Shown: positions 33,455-45,592 of the stretch, piece by piece
Layout: the number at the start of each line of letters is the position of its first letter
How positions within the stretch are numbered: position 1 is the stretch's first letter
DNA from: Hyaloraphidium curvatum SAG 235-1
Taxonomy: Eukaryota; Fungi; Monoblepharomycota
DNA: 64,000 bases
Reading direction: 5' to 3'
Assembly: GCA_025558095.1 (NCBI GenBank)
Contig: JAIVFI010000001.1
Span: 496,001 to 560,000, forward strand
Notes under the pieces: generated by a model
What the model saw: only the letters and a program-made list of their open reading frames with translations
Database searches by the model: none
Told to the model about the DNA's origin: nothing
Translations under genes and position numbers: made by a program

Positions 33455-35158
33455 TCAGATGCGGTCCCGACGATCCGGCATGCGGAACCCACGCTGGAGC
33501 CCGAACTCGGCGGCGTACGCCTCCAGAGCTTTTGCCACCGTTTCCACGCCCTCTTCCACCTCCCGCAGCCTCTCCATCCGCTCCGTTGCCGCCTCAACCA
33601 TCTCGTACGGACGGGTCCCCTCCAGTTCCTGGCGCTCGGTCAGCAACACCCGCCCCACGAAAAACGCCGGCGCCGCGAGGATGTGGTTGCCGTGCTCCAG
33701 CACCGGGTCGTGGGCGAGCTGGTGGCGCAGGATGCGGGCGTATCGGGCGCACCTGGAAGCCGCGGCACCGCGGAAGCCGGCGGCGAGGAGGGGTTCGGCG
33801 GCCAGGGACTCGCACATGAGGAGCATCTGCAGCGCCGAGTGCGCGTACGCCTTGCTCGGGAACAGCGGTGAGCGCAGCAGGGGCCGCGGGTCGCCCCGTG
33901 CGAGGGCGGGGCCGAATGCAGGGGGGAGCGAGGCGAACTTGGCATCGGCGAGGGAACCCAGCTGCGCCGCGGCGATGCGGAGGCGGGCCTGCCCGCCGTC
34001 GGGATCCCGACCGGGGATGCGGGCCTGCAGGTGACGGGCGAAGCTGGCGAGGTGCGCGTAAGCCAGGATGGAGGCGCGGCAGGAGTGCGGGGCAGAGGCC
34101 AGAGATGAGACGGTCGAAAGCACGTGGCCCCACTCCCGACCGCCCAGGGCAACCGCAGGGAGCCCGTCGGAGCAATCCTCGCGGAGCTGGCGAAAAGCAG
34201 CGTACGGGTCCAAGTTGTCAAAATAGGCTTCGCCCAGCGGTAAGGGGAAGACGCCACCGTCAAAGTACGAGCCGAAGGAGGGCTTGCGGGAGTGGTATGC
34301 CACGCTCACATCGAAGCAACCAATGTAAATCCGCAGGCGAAGGACGAGCTCCCGGAAAATCCACCGGTTTGCGGTAGACGGGGCCTCTAGGGGCAGATTG
34401 CCGTAGAGCCGCTCGACCGACGTCGCACAGCGGCGCATCACGACAAACAGCCTCGCCGGTAGGTCGGCAACGACGAGGACGGCAACGAGCAAGGCCAGCG
34501 CCTGCAATGTCTCGATGTCGTCGCCGTCGCGCGCCAGGAGCAGCTGTCGGGCCCGCTCGCAGCAGAACCGCTCATACGCGAGTCGCTGCCGTTCACCGAG
34601 GCCGTGCAAGTTTCGGGCACCGAGCGCAGCGGCGGCATATGCGAGGGCGAGCGGCGGGCGCGATCCGTAGACGGTACTTTTGCCGCGGAAACCTCGTTCG
34701 AATGAGGCACGGTGGATGAGGGGGAAAGCGGGGTGGGCATGGCGCCAGAAGGCTGCCAAGGCGGGGAGCAGGAGGTCGGAAGTGTCGATGGGCAGCTCTG
34801 GCGCGGCGTCCGGACAGGCGGCGATCAACCAAGTCGAGGGAGATGGGGAGAAGAGCTCCGCGGGGAGCTGCTGCTGTCGTCGCCGCGCCGACGCGACGAG
34901 GTGGTCCAGCAGCGACACCGCCGAGCCGTGTAGCCGTGGGCTAGCCGGGCGCGGGGACTCGGCAACCGGCTCCCCCGAGCACACGCCGCAAGATTGAGAC
35001 CCGGAGAGGCTGACAGCGCTGTCGTGGTGGCGAGGCGTGTGGTTATCCGAGGCCTCGTCCCCAAGCCGCGGCGGCCAGGTGGCGCGCTCGTCGCAGTCGT
35101 CCTCGGCGCAGCAGGCACCGTCCCGGAAGGCACCACCGGTGTGCATTCCGTCCATCAA
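33455..35158 (-). CDS. Fungal-specific transcription-factor (middle homology) domain protein
   Basis: FWRHAHPAFPLIHRASF..LAYAAAALGAR..IETLQALALL..RELVLR..FD. No intact Zn2Cys6 cluster seen; the 5' end is uncertain. Confidence 0.8.
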   Translation of the reverse strand: MMDGMHTGGAFRDGACCAEDDCDERATWPPRLGDEASDNHTPRHHDSAVSLSGSQSCGVCSGEPVAESPRPASPRLHGSAVSLLDHLVASARRRQQQLPAELFSPSPSTWLIAACPDAAPELPIDTSDLLLPALAAFWRHAHPAFPLIHRASFERGFRGKSTVYGSRPPLALAYAAAALGARNLHGLGERQRLAYERFCCERARQLLLARDGDDIETLQALALLVAVLVVADLPARLFVVMRRCATSVERLYGNLPLEAPSTANRWIFRELVLRLRIYIGCFDVSVAYHSRKPSFGSYFDGGVFPLPLGEAYFDNLDPYAAFRQLREDCSDGLPAVALGGREWGHVLSTVSSLASAPHSCRASILAYAHLASFARHLQARIPGRDPDGGQARLRIAAAQLGSLADAKFASLPPAFGPALARGDPRPLLRSPLFPSKAYAHSALQMLLMCESLAAEPLLAAGFRGAAASRCARYARILRHQLAHDPVLEHGNHILAAPAFFVGRVLLTERQELEGTRPYEMVEAATERMERLREVEEGVETVAKALEAYAAEFGLQRGFRMPDRRDRI

Positions 35159-35626
35159 GGCCTCCGGAGGAGTCCGCTCAGGGGCTTGGAGGTGGGCGGC
35201 CGACTTCGAAGGACTACAGGCGGGTCCAGACCGCCTCGATCACACGAAAACCAGACCGCCCGGCCGGTCCCTTCCTTGCGGGCCCCGCCGCATCCCAACG
35301 TTGCAGAATGTCAGGGGGCGAGTGGCCACTCCGAGATTGTCTCCGTGCGGAGCGAACCCAAAGCGCCGCCCGCCCTCGCCACAGTCTGCACCCCGTCCTC
35401 CGTCTCCTTCGGCCTCACCGTCGTGTCCGCAGCCACTCGCGAGCGCGAAATCGAGAAGGTTAGGCGTTCCATTTTGTCCAGCTGCAAGAAGACTAGGCCC
35501 GGCAGCTCAGGCGGGAAAGTCGGGGTTCGTCGGACGACGCGTCGTTCGCGTCCTGGCGTTCCGTGTTCGGGCGTGGTGGCTAAACTGCCCCCCTTCGAAT
35601 AACCACTGGATACTTAACACTACATT

Positions 35627-36301
35627 TCAGCGTCCGGTGTCCTCTTCCACCACGGTGTTGGGCAGCCGCCTCCACATCGCCGCCTGCTCCTCAACCGTCA
35701 CGTGCATCCGCGCCTCCAGGCCCTTGACCACGATGCGGGAGTCCGCAGGCCGCATCCGCGCGGCGGGCAGTAAGTCGAGGATCGGACGTCCGCTTTCGAA
35801 GAAGGGGAAGCTGCCCATCAGGCGTCTGTCCCGCAGTACGGCGTCGGGCCTTACGAGGATCAGTTCCCGCGGCAAGCAGGCCGCCAGGAGCCAGATGAGC
35901 GCCAGGCCCCCGGGCTCCACAATGAGCACGCACGGGAAACGAGACAGAGATCCGGGGAGATCGGGGTGCGTGGAGCGGTTGTAGTTGAGCACCGAGACGC
36001 GCTCCACGGCTTCCAGCACGGGGGAGCCAAAGTTGGCGAGGAAAGCCCTGAATCCGTCCAAGCAGAGCTCCCGGAAGCGGGGTCCTCCGGGGCCTATGAT
36101 GCCGAGCGTCCTCTGAACGGCCTCGAAGTTGGTATCGGTGATCTCCAGGGTCCGGTGCAGCAGGGCCCGAGCCAGGTCCCACGCGTCCCGGCTAGCGAGG
36201 CCGAGTTCGAGCAACGTCCGGCGCAAGCGGCACGACAAAAGCAGCTCCATGAAGACGATGAGGATTTCCGGCGGCAAATGAGGCTGCAAAGGATCCTCCA
36301 T
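35627..36301 (-). CDS. F-box-like lineage-specific family member (224 aa)
   Basis: PHLPPEIL...RRTLLELGLASRDAWDLARALL; C-terminal EQAAMWRRL. Confidence 0.65.
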   Translation of the reverse strand: MEDPLQPHLPPEILIVFMELLLSCRLRRTLLELGLASRDAWDLARALLHRTLEITDTNFEAVQRTLGIIGPGGPRFRELCLDGFRAFLANFGSPVLEAVERVSVLNYNRSTHPDLPGSLSRFPCVLIVEPGGLALIWLLAACLPRELILVRPDAVLRDRRLMGSFPFFESGRPILDLLPAARMRPADSRIVVKGLEARMHVTVEEQAAMWRRLPNTVVEEDTGR

Positions 36302-36375
36302 CGTGCTCCAATCGTCGAGTTTGCGACCGCGCCTGGCGCCCGCGTCTGCCACGCGTTCCGCGCGCCGCATCCACA

Positions 36376-37267
36376 ATGGCACAGCGTCCCCTCGTCGCCC
36401 TCGCGGGCCACTCGTCGACGTCCCCGCCTTCCGACTCGCCGCTCGCGCCGCGATGGCACTTCACCACGCCGGCGGCGTGGGCGGTCTCGAAGGAGGGCAC
36501 GCTCACCTTCACGTCCGACAAGGGGACCGACTTCTGGCAGCGCACGCACTACGGATTCCGGAACGACAACGGGCACTTCTTGGCCGTGAAGGGTTATCCT
36601 GAAGCGGGGAAAGAGGGGATTGACTACGTGATGAACGTGGGGATCAAATGGAAGGCCGCTGCGAAGTACGACCAGGCGGGATTCTACGTGGGTTGCCCCC
36701 TCGGGGACGCTTTCGGGCTACGTCTCTGATTGGAATCGATGCATGACGCGGCGTGACGCGTCGATCGCGTTTCCGGGTCCAGATCCGCGCCTCCGCGTCG
36801 TGCTGGGCCAAGTTCTCTTGCGAGTACGAGGCCGCCGAGTTTCCCGCCGGCCTGGGCGGGGTCGTTACCAACTCGGGTTACTCTGACTGGTGGGGTGCTT
36901 GCGATTGGCTTTGAACGCTCGGTGCTGACCGTCGAAAAGGTCCTTTGCGCCCGTCGCCAACGACACGAACAAGATGTACTACCGCCTCCGGCGCCGCGGG
37001 CCCAACTACATCGGTGAGCCCATGCCCCCCTTGCCTCTCCGCCCACGTTCTGATGTCTGCGGTCCAGTTCACGCCTCGGCGGACGGCAAGACCAAGTGGA
37101 CGCAGCTCCGCCTCTTCCGCCTTTCGGAAGACGACGGCGTCACCCCCCTCGACATCGGCATCTACGCGGCCTCGCCGATCGAGGGCGGCATGACGGTCGA
37201 GGTGTTCGAGTGGACGATGGAGGAGGCCAAGCAGGGGACGGGCTGGGATCCGTACTACGACGATTGA
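36376..37267 (+). CDS. DUF1349 / Ree1-like concanavalin-fold protein, 4 exons
   Basis: TDFWQRTHYGFRNDNGHF, YDQAG, WAKFSCEY, VVTNSGYSDW, IGIYAASP; three GT-AG introns. Confidence 0.88.
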
Positions 37268-37323
37268 ATTCCCGAGCAAACCAATTCTCTTTCCTTCTAT
37301 CCTCCGCTCGACCCTCCCCGCAA

Positions 37324-40300
37324 TCAGCGCTTCCTCTTCTTGTCGTTCCTCTTCCTCTCCCTCGGTGCGGCAGGCTGCCCCGCCTGCGCGTGCGGCGCGG
37401 GGGCAAAGTGCCCGCCCGGCCCGCGCGGCACGAACCCGGGCAGCGGCAGCGGCGGCACCCCCGTCGCGAGGTAGTCCAGCACCTTGCGAAAGTCGGCGTC
37501 CGAGACGGCCTCGAGGTCCACCGTGATCTCGCCCGAGGTCTCGACGACGTGCGAGAGGCCGGGGACAAAGTGGCCCAGGAGGATGAGCACGCCCGGCTGG
37601 AGGTGGGCCTTGTTGCGGAGCGCGCTGGCGAGGGCCTGCCCGCGGTCCTGCAGGCGCATGCTCGGCGAGTTGGGGAGCGAGGCGGCGCCGATCGCCGGCA
37701 CCGACTTGTGCGGGGTGGCGGGGGGTTCGGCGGGAGGCGGGGTCCCGGCGCCGTCGGTCGTGGCGCCTTCGGGAATCGGCAGCTTGACGATGAGCGAAGG
37801 CTTGCGCTCCGGCTTCGGGGGCGCCGGGCGGGCCGCAGGCGTCTCGGGCGCGGGTGCGATCTCGCCGGGTGCAGCGGCGGAGGGCACCGTCTTGCCCATC
37901 CCCTGTTGGCCCGCGGCCTGCTGTTCCTCGGCGACCGGCGCCTGCTCGCCCGTTTCCTGCGTCCCCTCGGCCTCCTCCATCGCCACGTCCCCGCCCTCTT
38001 CCTCGCCGGCCTGCTCCACCATCGCACCCGGGCTCTCGACCGTCGCCGGCCCCGTCGGCGGCTCCACCTCCATCGACGTCAGCGGCGCGCCCTGCGTCGC
38101 CGGGCTCTTCTCGTGCTCCTCCACCGCCTCGACGAAGTGGTCGTCGTCGGAGGAGTAGTCCACCAGAGGTAGCCCGCCGGCGCTGCGGGGCTCGGGCTCG
38201 GGAGTGGGTTCGCCGGCTTCCTGCTCCGAGGGGGCCGCGGGGTGCTCGACCTGCATGCTGTCGACCGAAGCCTCGCGCGCGTCCGTCCTGTCCTCGGCGG
38301 TCTCGGTCGCCGCCTCTTGCTCCGCGGCGGCGGCGGCGTCCTCCTGCGCGGGCGGCTCCTCCACAGCCGGCGTCCCGGGCCCCGCCTGCTGCTCCTCGAC
38401 CGCTGCTTCCGGCGCGGGTTCCGGTTCCGCCGCCTGCTCCTCCTCGGCCAGCTGCTCCTCCGCCCCGCCCTCCTTGCCCTCCTCCTCCGCAGCAGGCTGA
38501 TCCTCCGACTGCGCCGTCCTGGCCCTCTTGCTCCTCCTCGGCCCCTCATCCTCCTCCGCCTCCCCCTCCTCCTCGTCCTCGTGCGCCGCCGACGCCTTGG
38601 ACCTCGTCCGCCGGTTGGCCGCCGGCGCCGCCTCGGCCTGCAACCTCGCACGCTTGCCCGACCGCGACGCCCGCCTGCCTTCGTCCTCCTCCTGTTGCCC
38701 GGCGGCGGCGGCAGGGAACTCGTCCAGCGCCACCGACGCGGGCGTATCGCCCCCCGCGCTCTCCTCCTCGGGCGAGTTGAGCGCGTTCAGATCCGGCGCG
38801 CTCGCCGACTTCCTCGGCCTCCCCGGGCGGCGCTTGCTCCCCGGCGCGGCGTCCCCGGGGGACGGCAGCGCGCCGGGGAGGGTGACGGCGTCGACGGTGA
38901 CCGAGATGGGCGCGGGGAGCTGAACCGTGGGGGGGTGCGAGCGCCGGCCGCGGCCGCGCCGGGCTTCGGGCTCCGCGTCTTGCTCCTCCTCCGCCGCCGG
39001 TGGCTCCTCCGCCGGCGCCTCCTCCTCCTTCCCGGCCTTCTCCCCGCCCTCCCCCTCGGCCGCCTCCTCCTTCCTCGGCCTCGCATCCGGGGGAGGCGAC
39101 CCCGCCGCCGCGTGCTCCTGCTGCGCGCGCTTGCTCCGCGTGACCCTGGCCATGAGCGGCTGCTCCTCCTCGTCCTCCTCGGGCTCCTGCGCCTGAGCCG
39201 GCACCGGTTCGGGCTCCGCCTCGGCAGCCTTGCCCTTGCCCTTCCTGTCCTTGTCCTTTTCCTTCTCCTTGTCCTTGTCCTTGGGCGCCTCATCCCCCTC
39301 CTCGGCCGCCGGGTCGATCAGCCTCCTCCTCCTCCTCCCCTTTTCCTCCCCCTTCTCCTCCCCCTCCTCCCCCCTCTTCCCCCTCCTCGGCCTCTCCTCC
39401 TCCTCCCCCTTCTCCCCCTCCGCCTCGGTCTCCTCCCCCGCGTGCTCCCCCTCCCCCCCTCCCTTGCGCAGCTGCTCCAGCACCCCGGCCCACAGCGCGC
39501 GGCGCCGCGCGTGGCCGTCGAGGAAGTCGTTCATCGCGCGCACGTTGCTCGCCGAGACGGATTCGGGGATGTAGGACCAGCCGATGGGGTGCGCGGATTC
39601 GGAGGGGGTGGAGGAGCGCGCGGGCGGGGGGCGGGAACTCGTGGCTGGGGGCGGGTGCGCGGCGGAGGCGGGTTCGGGGACGATGTTGCGCTCGATCTGC
39701 GGGTTCCATGCCGACAAACGTCAGCCGAAGGACGGCGGACGGCGCGAGCAGGCAGGCGACCCACGTGCTTGGCCAGGTCCTTGTCCGCCCCTTCGACCGC
39801 CTTGCCCCACGCCATCAGCTTGTTCACCACCTTCTTCCTCTCGACCGGATCCTGCTCGTACCCCTCCGACGCCGCGAGGGGCAGCTCCACGCCGCTCAGC
39901 CCGGCCTCGGCGTCGGCGAACGAGTGGCCCGTGAGCAGCCCCAGCCGGCGGGCAAGGTACTTGAGGTATCCCCCCAGCGACGCAGCCACCTCCTCGAGGA
40001 AGGTGGCCATGTCCGGGTAGCCCCCCTTTTCGACGCGGTTCTCGATGGCCTGCAGCGAGGGCACGCTGGTCGGGAACGAGCGCGGGGGCGCGGAAACGAA
40101 GTTGGGGTCGAACGGGATGAACAGCGGGGTCTTGGTGCTCTGCTTGCGCCCCGAGAGCACGGTCAGCAGCCCCCGGACGGCGTAGAGCGTGTCGGGGTGC
40201 ATGGCGCCGGGGACGGGGGATTTGCTGTCCGCGGGGGGGTGGTGCAGCTGGCGGAGGGGCTCGGGGGGTTCCGTTCGCCTAAAGTGGGGGGAAATACGGG

Positions 40301-40984
40301 AGTGAGTGGCATGGATAAGGGGCGGAGGACAACGCACCGCCGCTTCCTGGCGTCCTCCCTCGCGTTCTTTGGCGGCGGGTCGCCGGCGTCGGACGCCTCG
40401 TCGTTGGGCAGCTTCAGCACGGGGCTGCTGCTCCGCACCGAGTCGCGTGCGCGGCCGCGGCGGCCCTCTGACGCGTCCGACAGCTCGTGCTCCGAGAGGC
40501 CCGACGAGGCGGCCGAGGGCGAGCGCTCGGGCGCGGCGGGCGGCTCGGCGCGGTCGGCGGCCCTGCCGCGCTGCCTGGGCTCCTTTGGCTGCTCGGGCTG
40601 CCCGGACTGCCCGGGCCTGGCGTCCTTAGCGTCCTTGGCATCCCTGTCCCTCGGATCCCGCGCCTCCCTCCCCTCCCTTGGGTCCGGCCTGGGGTCCTTC
40701 CCCTCCCTCGGTTGCGGCCCGGGGCTCCCGCTGCCGTCCCTGTCGCCGCGCCGCCGCCTGCCCGCGGCCTCCATCTCGCGCTTCTGCTCGGCGGCCGACG
40801 GGCCGAACCGGCCGCGCGGCGGGTTTGCGGGCGGCGCCGAGGCGGGGGCCGCCTTGTGCGCTGCGGCTTTGCCCTTCGCGGGCGGCGGCGGCGGCGTGGC
40901 GCGCGCGGGCGGGGGCGTCTTGCGGCCCGTGTCGCCGAAAATGTCCGAGATCACGTTGCCGCCGCCCTTGGCCTTGGGCGGCAT
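37324..40984 (-). CDS. Chromatin protein: degenerate bromodomain-like region + AT-hook + C-terminal ET (BET-type) domain
   Basis: LFIPFDP..PSLQAIENRVEKGGYPDMATFLEEV; KRRPGRPRK; GEITVDLEAVSDADFRKVLDYL; long acidic disordered region. Introns at ~40275-40335 and ~39715-39765. Confidence 0.65.
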
Positions 40985-41089
40985 CTTGAACGACGGGTGG
41001 AGGGAAACCAGGAGCGGACCGTGCGGAACAACAGCGCGTCTCAACACCGGCCCGTGTTTCAATATGGAGGTCCGTCCCGGCCGCCGCCG

Positions 41090-41200
41090 GAGAGTGGAAC
41101 TGTTCAGCTGGCGCTCGTGGCGTCGCACTATGCTGGAATTCGGCCTCGCCAGCCGCTCGACGTGGGACCTCGTGCGGCCCTCGCTGGACACAACCCGGGG
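41090..41200 (+). pseudogene. F-box-like family N-terminal remnant
   Basis: ELFSWRSWRRTMLEFGLASRSTWDLVRPSL matches the family motif. Confidence 0.55.
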
Positions 41201-41881
41201 ATCGCGCGCGGAAACCGGCCGACGCCGCCGTGAGATTGCTGGCGAGGACCGACGGCAACGCGCCGCGGTTTCGCGTTCCCGTTGTCCGCGGCGGCGGCCC
41301 CACCCTGCGGTCGGACATCCCCTTGGATTCCGCGGCCCTCCAGGCCGTCAAAAGCAGCGACCGTGCTGTCGCCGACGAATGCTCCCATCTAGCTTCTCGA
41401 AACAATCTCATACCGCTTTCCGCGGGCCATCTTGCACGGCGTGGGGCAGGCGAGGGTGTACATCCCCGTTGCCTCGTGTCGCCCGCCCGGACCCATTGCG
41501 CCGGACCAAAGATGCCTGCTGACCAAAGACGTTTTCGCGCGACCTCCAAGCGCCCATCTCGTCGTCAGGGATCCCCCGCCCGCACAAGGGGTCGAGGTCG
41601 CGGTTGTCGAGGGCCGAGCGGGCGGAATGCGTAGCAATCTACGTCTTCCGCAGCGAATGCGGGGCGGCCTCGGCCCGCGGCCAGCTTCCCATGCGCAAAT
41701 CCCGCCCACAATCGATGCTCGGTGATGCACGCCCGGCGCTTCCGCTGCATGCCAGCAAGGCCGATCGCCGTGTGGACCCCGCGATCGTGCACAGCCGGGG
41801 AACCCAAGCCCCGAACGAACCCCCGAACGAACCCTCGAGGTCGGCCGGGCACTCTCCCGGCCCACCGCTCCCCGCGGCCGA

Positions 41882-42250
41882 ATGGCGCTGCCGCCGGCGT
41901 ATTTCGCCGCGCAGCTTTCCGCGCTCGCGGCGGTGTTTTTCTTCGCGACGCGTGCGCCGCGTGCGCTGCTGGCCCTGGTGCTCCTGTCGTCGGCGTTCAT
42001 CCTGGCGCGGGCGCCGATGTCGCCTGCGGAGCGCGCCAAGGTCGCGGCCGAGCTGCCGCTGGGGCTGGGCGCGGTGCTTGCTTTCCCGCTGCTGCCGCCG
42101 GGGCCGCGCGCGCGCCTCCTGCCGCGCTTCTCGCGCTTCGTGGACGCGGCCGTGCTGGCCAACGTCGCCGGGCCGGGGGCCGACGCAGCAATGGCGGGGG
42201 TTGCGTGGTGCGTGGCCGGCTATGCGGCCTACCGGACGTGGCGCATGTAG
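41882..42250 (+). CDS. Small hypothetical membrane protein (122 aa)
   Basis: ATG-TAG ORF with 3-4 hydrophobic segments. Confidence 0.5.
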   Translation: MALPPAYFAAQLSALAAVFFFATRAPRALLALVLLSSAFILARAPMSPAERAKVAAELPLGLGAVLAFPLLPPGPRARLLPRFSRFVDAAVLANVAGPGADAAMAGVAWCVAGYAAYRTWRM

Positions 42251-42736
42251 GCGTGGAAAGGTCGATGTTCGAGCCGGGACGGGAACGCACGAAGGCGCGA
42301 GGCGCGTGGAGTCCGTTCTGGTCCGAAGCGTACTCGGCTACTTGGCCTACGGGACGGATGACCAACCGGACGGCCTGCGCGGCATCCTCCATCTCGACGC
42401 GTCTCGCAGGCCGCTCGCAGTTCCGCCCCGACGGGGCGCTGAGCGATCAATCGCGCCCATCCAGCGCCTCAGGCGCGGACTTGTTTTGCTCCGACAGCCA
42501 GAGGACCTCGCTCGCAACGGGGACACCGCCGGCAAGGCCGGGGACTAGGCGAGCGATCCTATCAGAGGAAGTGATCAAGCCGCCCGCACCAGACCTCTGT
42601 TTGCTAAGGAAGCTATGGTCGTGGCGGCGCCCGAAGCACTTGTTGAGAACTGGGTTGAGATTTGGCGAGCCGCGCACTCGCAGGTCGATTAGCCCCCTCC
42701 CGAGCCCCACCGCCGAGCGCCCGACGCGTTTTCGCA

Positions 42737-43838
42737 ATGGACGCGTCCCGAGATGTGCCTTCCGCGGCGGCGGACGTGCCCCTCGCGGCCCAGGACGCGG
42801 GCGACGCTTCGCCGGAAGACCCCCCGATCCTCCCCGCGGAGCTGCTCATCCTCGTCTTCCGGCATCTGGAGGCAATGCGCTGCAAAGCGACCCTTTTAAA
42901 GTGCGGCCTCGCGAGCAAGGGGGCGCTCGGGCTCGTCCTTCCTCTGCTCTACAGCCGGATCACGTCCGCGGACGCGCGGCGCCCGTCGTTCCTCGCCGCG
43001 GCCCGGAAGCACGGGCCTGGTGCAGATTCTGGACCTGAGCAGCTCAAGGGTCGGCCTGGCACTGACGGCCGCGTGCCTCGCATTGTTTGTGGACCTGCGC
43101 GAGCTCCGCCTCGCGGTGTGGCACGGCTGGAGCGAATGGGACGGCGAAGGGACCGTTTTCGGGCTCGTCGCGGCCCTCCAGAAGCTGGAGAAGCTGGACG
43201 TGCGAGCTGTCGGGAACGAGGCATCGGAGCTCCGCATTTCCTTGCCGCCGTCGCTGCGGCACGTTTCGTGGTCGGGCACGGTCCCGTCCGACACAGGTCG
43301 GCTCGCAGCTGCGCTGGGTACGGCGAACCTGGAGACCCTGCGGCTCGACATCGGCGGCAACTTCGTGTACGGCCTCTTTGTGCGCCTGGATCCGTTTCCC
43401 CGCGCCGTTTCGGCGATCGATTCGCTGTCGTTGCGCGTCGGCGATCTGGGGCAGGCCGAGCATCTGTTCCGGAACCCCGCCTTTTCGCCCAGCGAGCTGC
43501 GGATCAGCTTCCACCATCCCGGCCTCTTCGAGCCGCCGCTTATCCCGGGGTCGCTGCGCGGCGTGACCGGGCTGCGAGCGCTGGAGCTCGTGGGCGGGAA
43601 GACGGGCTGGTTGCTCCAGCTCGTGAACGCGCTGCCCCCGGCAAGGCGGCTCGTGCTCCGCGGCTTCGTCCCCACCATGCACAGGATCTCGCTTCCCGCC
43701 GCCGCGGGGATGCTGCAGGACTACGAGGACGTGGCGGTCTCCGAGCTCGACTTGGTGGAAGACGACGAGGATGGGGCGGCGGAAACGGAAATGTGGAGGA
43801 GGATTACGGGCGGGCGTTACTCCGAGGCCGAGAGGTAA
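42737..43838 (+). pseudogene. F-box-like/LRR-like family member, single frameshift near 43015
   Basis: PPILPAELL..CKATLLKCGLASK..LPLLYSRIT, then in the shifted frame LVQILDL...ETEMWRRITGGRYSEAER*. Close paralog of 48709-49873. Confidence 0.75.
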
Positions 43839-43989
43839 ACGGCGTCTTGGAGCTGGTGTAAACCGCCTGAGTTGGCGGGCCGAGATCCCGGCGTCCGTGG
43901 CGGCAAGCGGGCACTCTTGGCATCCGGCCCTCTCTCAGCGGTCTTGGAGGTCGGGACACATACTCATGCTCGCAAACGGCTCCCCCGAG

Positions 43990-44225
43990 CATGTCGTGGA
44001 CCTGGGGAACACGCGCCTCCGACAAAGCTGCTCATCACCTCGCACTTTGGCACTACGCCGAACGCGGAACTGCTCCCGGCTCTGGAGGAGATGATGGGGC
44101 GGTTCCCTTTCGAGCAAGTCGAAGTGATTGGATTCAGTGAGGACGTGTGCACAGGTCCAGACGTGGAAGCCGAAAGGGAGCTGTGGAGGAAGATCGCCCG
44201 CGGGCGGTTCTCGGAGTACTGGCAA
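43990..44225 (+). pseudogene. F-box-like family C-terminal remnant
   Basis: EAERELWRKIARGRFSEY matches the family C-terminal motif. Confidence 0.5.
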
Positions 44226-45020
44226 AGTGCGGGTCAAGATACGGAGCTGGACGATTGGTCGAGGGACGTTCGAGAGGCGTTGGACCCCGCGGAAGGACAT
44301 TGGGTGGGACGGAGGTTGGCATTTCAAGACCATGGTATCACATTGATAGAACCGTCGACACAGTTGTCTCTCGCCCGGACCAGCGTGCGGTCCTTGGTCC
44401 CGCATCGGCGACGGCACGTTCGGTCCGCCTTCCCGGCTCCAGCTCCACGGCCCGGCTTTTCCTCGCCCCGCACGGACGGGCCGCAGCTCCCCGCGGCCCT
44501 TGTGCACGGGGCGGGCCTCCCGCCCGGGTCGCACCTCCGACCGGCGGAAGCCCGCCACGCCGCACGTCCGTCCCGGGGTTCCGATCGCACGGCCATGCTG
44601 CGCGGCGGGCCGGGCAAACGGCGGGCTTCGCGCCGGGAGACGCGCGCGGGGGGTGGTGCGGGGGCATGCGAGCCGGCCTCGGCACGATGCGGGGGTCCAA
44701 GCAAGGGGGTTCGTTCGGGTCGGTCCCGGCCCCGGGGGGACGTCGGGTCGACGAGCACGGGGACCGACCGGTCCGCGCGCACCCCAAGGGGGTCCCGCTA
44801 ACCCGATCCCTCGACTGCGGTCCGGGCTTTCTCCCCGGAAAGCGGAGGTGCGGAGGGTAGGGATCCGGGATCCCCTTACGGCGGCGGCTTCCCGTCCCTT
44901 GGAGCTCGGTGCGGGAGGGGCTTCCCCGCGGCGAGGCGCCCCGAAACGGCCCCCGCGATCCGGAGATGCCCATCGCTCGTCCGTCCGCCGCTTCGCAGGT
45001 CCAGGCCCCCCCAGTGCGGG

Positions 45021-45320
45021 TCAAATCAGCAGGCTCGGCAGCCCCTCCCCCGGCGTCCCCCCGTCCTCCTCGGGCGGCCACGGCGCCTCCTCCTCCGCGT
45101 CCGGGACCACGGGCGGCTCCCACCCGCGATCGAGCCAGCCGCGTTCGGGGAGGTGCGGCGGGGCGGCGGGAGCCCACGAGTCCGGCGGGGGGTCTGCGTC
45201 GGCTGGGTCGGGCGGGGGCACGGGGAAGGCGGAGGCGGGCGACGCGAGGAGGAGGAGGAGGGGGAGCAGGAGGAGGAGGGCCGGGCGGGGGAGCGGCCGG
45301 CGGGGGCGCGGGGGCGGCAT
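45021..45320 (-). CDS. Small secreted Pro/Asp/Trp-rich peptide A (99 aa)
   Basis: Signal peptide LLLLLPLLLLLASPASA-FP; motifs SWA, GW, WPPEE. Confidence 0.6.
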   Translation of the reverse strand: MPPPRPRRPLPRPALLLLLPLLLLLASPASAFPVPPPDPADADPPPDSWAPAAPPHLPERGWLDRGWEPPVVPDAEEEAPWPPEEDGGTPGEGLPSLLI

Positions 45321-45592
45321 GGCGGGGGTCGGCCGGTCGGGTGCGGGGCGTGGCGGGCGGGTGCCGCGTCTCCCCGGCGCTGCGGGCGCGATGCGGGTGC
45401 GGCGTGCGGCGGGACGGCACCGGGACTTGCCGGCAGACGTCCGGGGCCGTTGCCACACCGTGTCGGTCCCCCGTCAGCAGGCAGGCTGCGCGCGGTGAGT
45501 CGGCGCCGACCGCGCATCGCCGACCTCGACCGCACACACCAAACACCGCCGCACGCCTGCCCCCGCGCCGCCGCCCGCCGCCGCCCGCCGCA

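Noticed and set aside
35160-35400. Zn2Cys6 cluster upstream of the fungal TF domain
   Set aside because: Only scattered CD/PAC-like pieces in different frames; no six-Cys pattern could be assembled.
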